Below are positions 61,856 to 64,000 of a DNA stretch of 64,000 bases, one piece after another (position 1 is the first letter of the stretch; the number at the start of each line of letters is the position of its first letter). Source of the stretch: Tricharina praecox (lineage: Eukaryota); contig NW_026250404.1 of assembly GCF_024521635.1 (NCBI RefSeq), positions 186,001 through 250,000 of the forward strand. Reading direction: 5' to 3'. The notes beneath the pieces were generated by a model, which saw nothing but the letters and a program-made list of their open reading frames with translations, was not told where the DNA came from and made no database searches. The position numbers were made by a program, and so were the translations under genes.

Positions 61856-64000
61856 CTAGTGCATCTCCTCCTCAGCCCATCCAGTCATTCCTCCGTATCC
61901 ATTGACGCCGAGGCCGTGCTGTCCCTGGTGGCTGATGGCCGGCATGCTCAAGGCGCGGCTGTGCTGGCCTCCAACCCGGAGGTTCTGGTTCATTCCCATT
62001 CCGTTGCCGTTGTTGTGTCCTAAACCATCCGAAGCCGAATTAGCGGCCTGGCCAATGGAGTCGAATTGTGAGCTCTGCTGACCGTATACAGCAGCTGCTT
62101 GGGCGGCAAGCTGTTGCTGGAGGTTCGACGCGTAGGCAGCCGCCTCTTGCTGCTGTTGCTGCTGGGCCAAGTAGACCTGGAGCGGGTTGGCAGCGGGGTT
62201 GAGGCCATTCATTCCTGGGGTGGTCGGCGTTCCGTATCCAGGGCTGTTGGAGTGCATGCCAGCAGGACTGAGCTGGGCGGGACTACCACCAGAGCCGGAG
62301 TGAGAGAGACTGGGCTGCAGCGACTGTCCGTTTACCGGACTGCTACTGGGAAGCGGAGGGTGACCGGACGAAGTGGGAGTTCCGGACTGGTGGTTTCCAT
62401 TGGTGGCCTGTCTGGGAGGGTTGCCACATCTATCCTTTCCGAAGTTAATCTTGAATCGCTTGTACTCGTCTCTACTCCGGACAGCCTCGATCGCCTTGAT
62501 AGCGTTGGCTATGTTGGTGAAGTTGACAAAGGCGCAACTCTTCTCGCGGAGGGTGTTGACGAGTTCGATTTCGCCGTACTCCGAGAAGTCTTGACGGAGG
62601 CGGTCCTCGGTCCACGTCTCGTCCAAGTTTCCAATGTACACATTCCGACTCGCACCGCCAGACACGGCCAAGGCAATCGCAGGAGGCAGAGCTCCTGAGT
62701 GCTTGCCCCATCCGACCTTGAGGCGTCGGTTGTGGATCATCAGACCCTGAATGTTGGACAGAGCGTAGAAGCTCGCGGCAGCGGTAGGATCGATAAAGGT
62801 GACAAAGCAGATGTGCTTGTCGGGGATGTACCGAATATGGTGCAACAGTCCTCCGCGGACAACATTGCAGATCTCCTCGATGGTCGTCTCGGGGTGAATG
62901 TTGCCAAGGTACACCGTGCGGTTGCCGAGGTTGTTGATACCTCCCGCAGATGTGGCGACGGCGGCGGCTGCAGCGGACTGCTGAGCGAGAGCCGTCGAGA
63001 TCATCTCCTTGTCGGCGCTGTTGAGGAGATGGGCGTAGCCAGGGGCGATTCCGAGGTACTGGGCGGCATTCTGCTGCTGAGTCTTGGAGACGTACGCGCA
63101 TCGATCCTTGCCGTAGTAGACGCGACGAGGAGTCTGCCATTTCGGCTCTTGTGGGAGCTGGTTGACAGCTTTGATCGCATTGCCGATGGAGAGGAAGTGG
63201 ACGAAACCGATAGCTTTCTCGCGAACGATCTTAACGGTGTCGATGGGCCCGAATTTGCCCAGATCCTCACGGAGCTCTTCCTCAGACACGTCTTCCGGAA
63301 GGTTACCCAAGTAGACATTCCGCGAAGCGCCCGACTGCTGGACGGCAATCGCAACCGAGGTTGGCACCTGCGATGGCTTGCCCCAGCCGACCTTGATATC
63401 CTGACCGCGGATAGCCAACTTCTTCAAGATGGCATCCGAGTGGAAGTGGGTAGCCGAGGAGCTGTCGAGGAAAGAGATGAACGCGCAGTTCTTATCGGGG
63501 AGCAGACGGACGGACTCGATTTGTCCGGACCGCACATGGCTCAGAATCTCCTCGGCGGAGGTCTCGGGTGGAATGTTGCCCAAGTAGACGGTCCGCGACG
63601 TCCCGGGTACTATGCCGGGGGTCATGGGAGAGCCTGCAGTGGGAGACTGCTGTTGGTAGTACGTGGCATACTGCGGGCCAAATCCGGTAGGCGAACCCAG
63701 TCCGGACGCACCGATTCCTCCGAAAGTGGGCGACATGGGATTCGCCGACGTGGGTGTCTGCTGAGAGAATCCTCCATGCATGCCGAACTGGGGGGACGCG
63801 AACGCATTTGGCGTCCCAGGTTGGAAGGGCGAGCCGAGCAGGAGCTGAGAGGGCAACAGCGGCGTGAACTGCATGTCATAGCCGGTCCCCGGCGACGCGA
63901 TCCCGTTCTCCTGGTGCTGCGACGCTCCGGTGTTGATCGAAGGCATGTTTATGCGCCTCCTGTTGGGGTGACCCATTGTATCCGAACTGAATCCGGCCGG
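61856..64000 (-). CDS. MRN1: Four-RRM RNA-binding protein, S. pombe Nrd1 / S. cerevisiae Mrn1 family (5' partial)
   Basis: Four RRMs starting SRTVYLGNI, SRNVYLGNL, NRTVYLGNI, SRNVYIGNL, with KVGWGK and GKDRC motifs. The frame stays open to the window edge. Confidence 0.92.
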   Translation of the reverse strand, partial: PAGFSSDTMGHPNRRRINMPSINTGASQHQENGIASPGTGYDMQFTPLLPSQLLLGSPFQPGTPNAFASPQFGMHGGFSQQTPTSANPMSPTFGGIGASGLGSPTGFGPQYATYYQQQSPTAGSPMTPGIVPGTSRTVYLGNIPPETSAEEILSHVRSGQIESVRLLPDKNCAFISFLDSSSATHFHSDAILKKLAIRGQDIKVGWGKPSQVPTSVAIAVQQSGASRNVYLGNLPEDVSEEELREDLGKFGPIDTVKIVREKAIGFVHFLSIGNAIKAVNQLPQEPKWQTPRRVYYGKDRCAYVSKTQQQNAAQYLGIAPGYAHLLNSADKEMISTALAQQSAAAAAVATSAGGINNLGNRTVYLGNIHPETTIEEICNVVRGGLLHHIRYIPDKHICFVTFIDPTAAASFYALSNIQGLMIHNRRLKVGWGKHSGALPPAIALAVSGGASRNVYIGNLDETWTEDRLRQDFSEYGEIELVNTLREKSCAFVNFTNIANAIKAIEAVRSRDEYKRFKINFGKDRCGNPPRQATNGNHQSGTPTSSGHPPLPSSSPVNGQSLQPSLSHSGSGGSPAQLSPAGMHSNSPGYGTPTTPGMNGLNPAANPLQVYLAQQQQQQEAAAYASNLQQQLAAQAAAVYGQQSSQFDSIGQAANSASDGLGHNNGNGMGMNQNLRVGGQHSRALSMPAISHQGQHGLGVNGYGGMTGWAEEEMH

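Overview
Eukaryotic DNA from a filamentous ascomycete (short GT-AG introns with CTAAC/CTGAC branch points; Pezizomycotina, possibly Pezizomycetes, by inference). Conserved genes: MNN2-type GT71 mannosyltransferase, F-box/ankyrin protein, PI-phospholipase C, PXB/PX/DUF3818 (YPR097W/LEC1-like) protein, cystathionine beta-synthase (CYS4), Asr1/PHRF1-like RING protein, long-chain fatty alcohol oxidase, fatty-acid-hydroxylase/sterol-desaturase protein, KRE9, and an Nrd1/Mrn1-type four-RRM protein that runs off the right edge. Large accessory intervals lie between them. Most notable: (1) an intact, LTR-less, apparently domesticated Ty1/copia gene (3714-4628) fusing the Gag N-terminal region, a protease beta-barrel lacking the catalytic Asp, and an RGG tail; (2) two distant paralogous triple zinc-finger genes, visible only after splicing, that share intron positions and have unusually long finger insertions; (3) a family of CAGTG-ended hAT non-autonomous elements with 8-bp TSDs in different stages of decay, plus a tandem duplication, a long inverted repeat and a dispersed repeat. 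All gene models were read by eye and no database searches were run.
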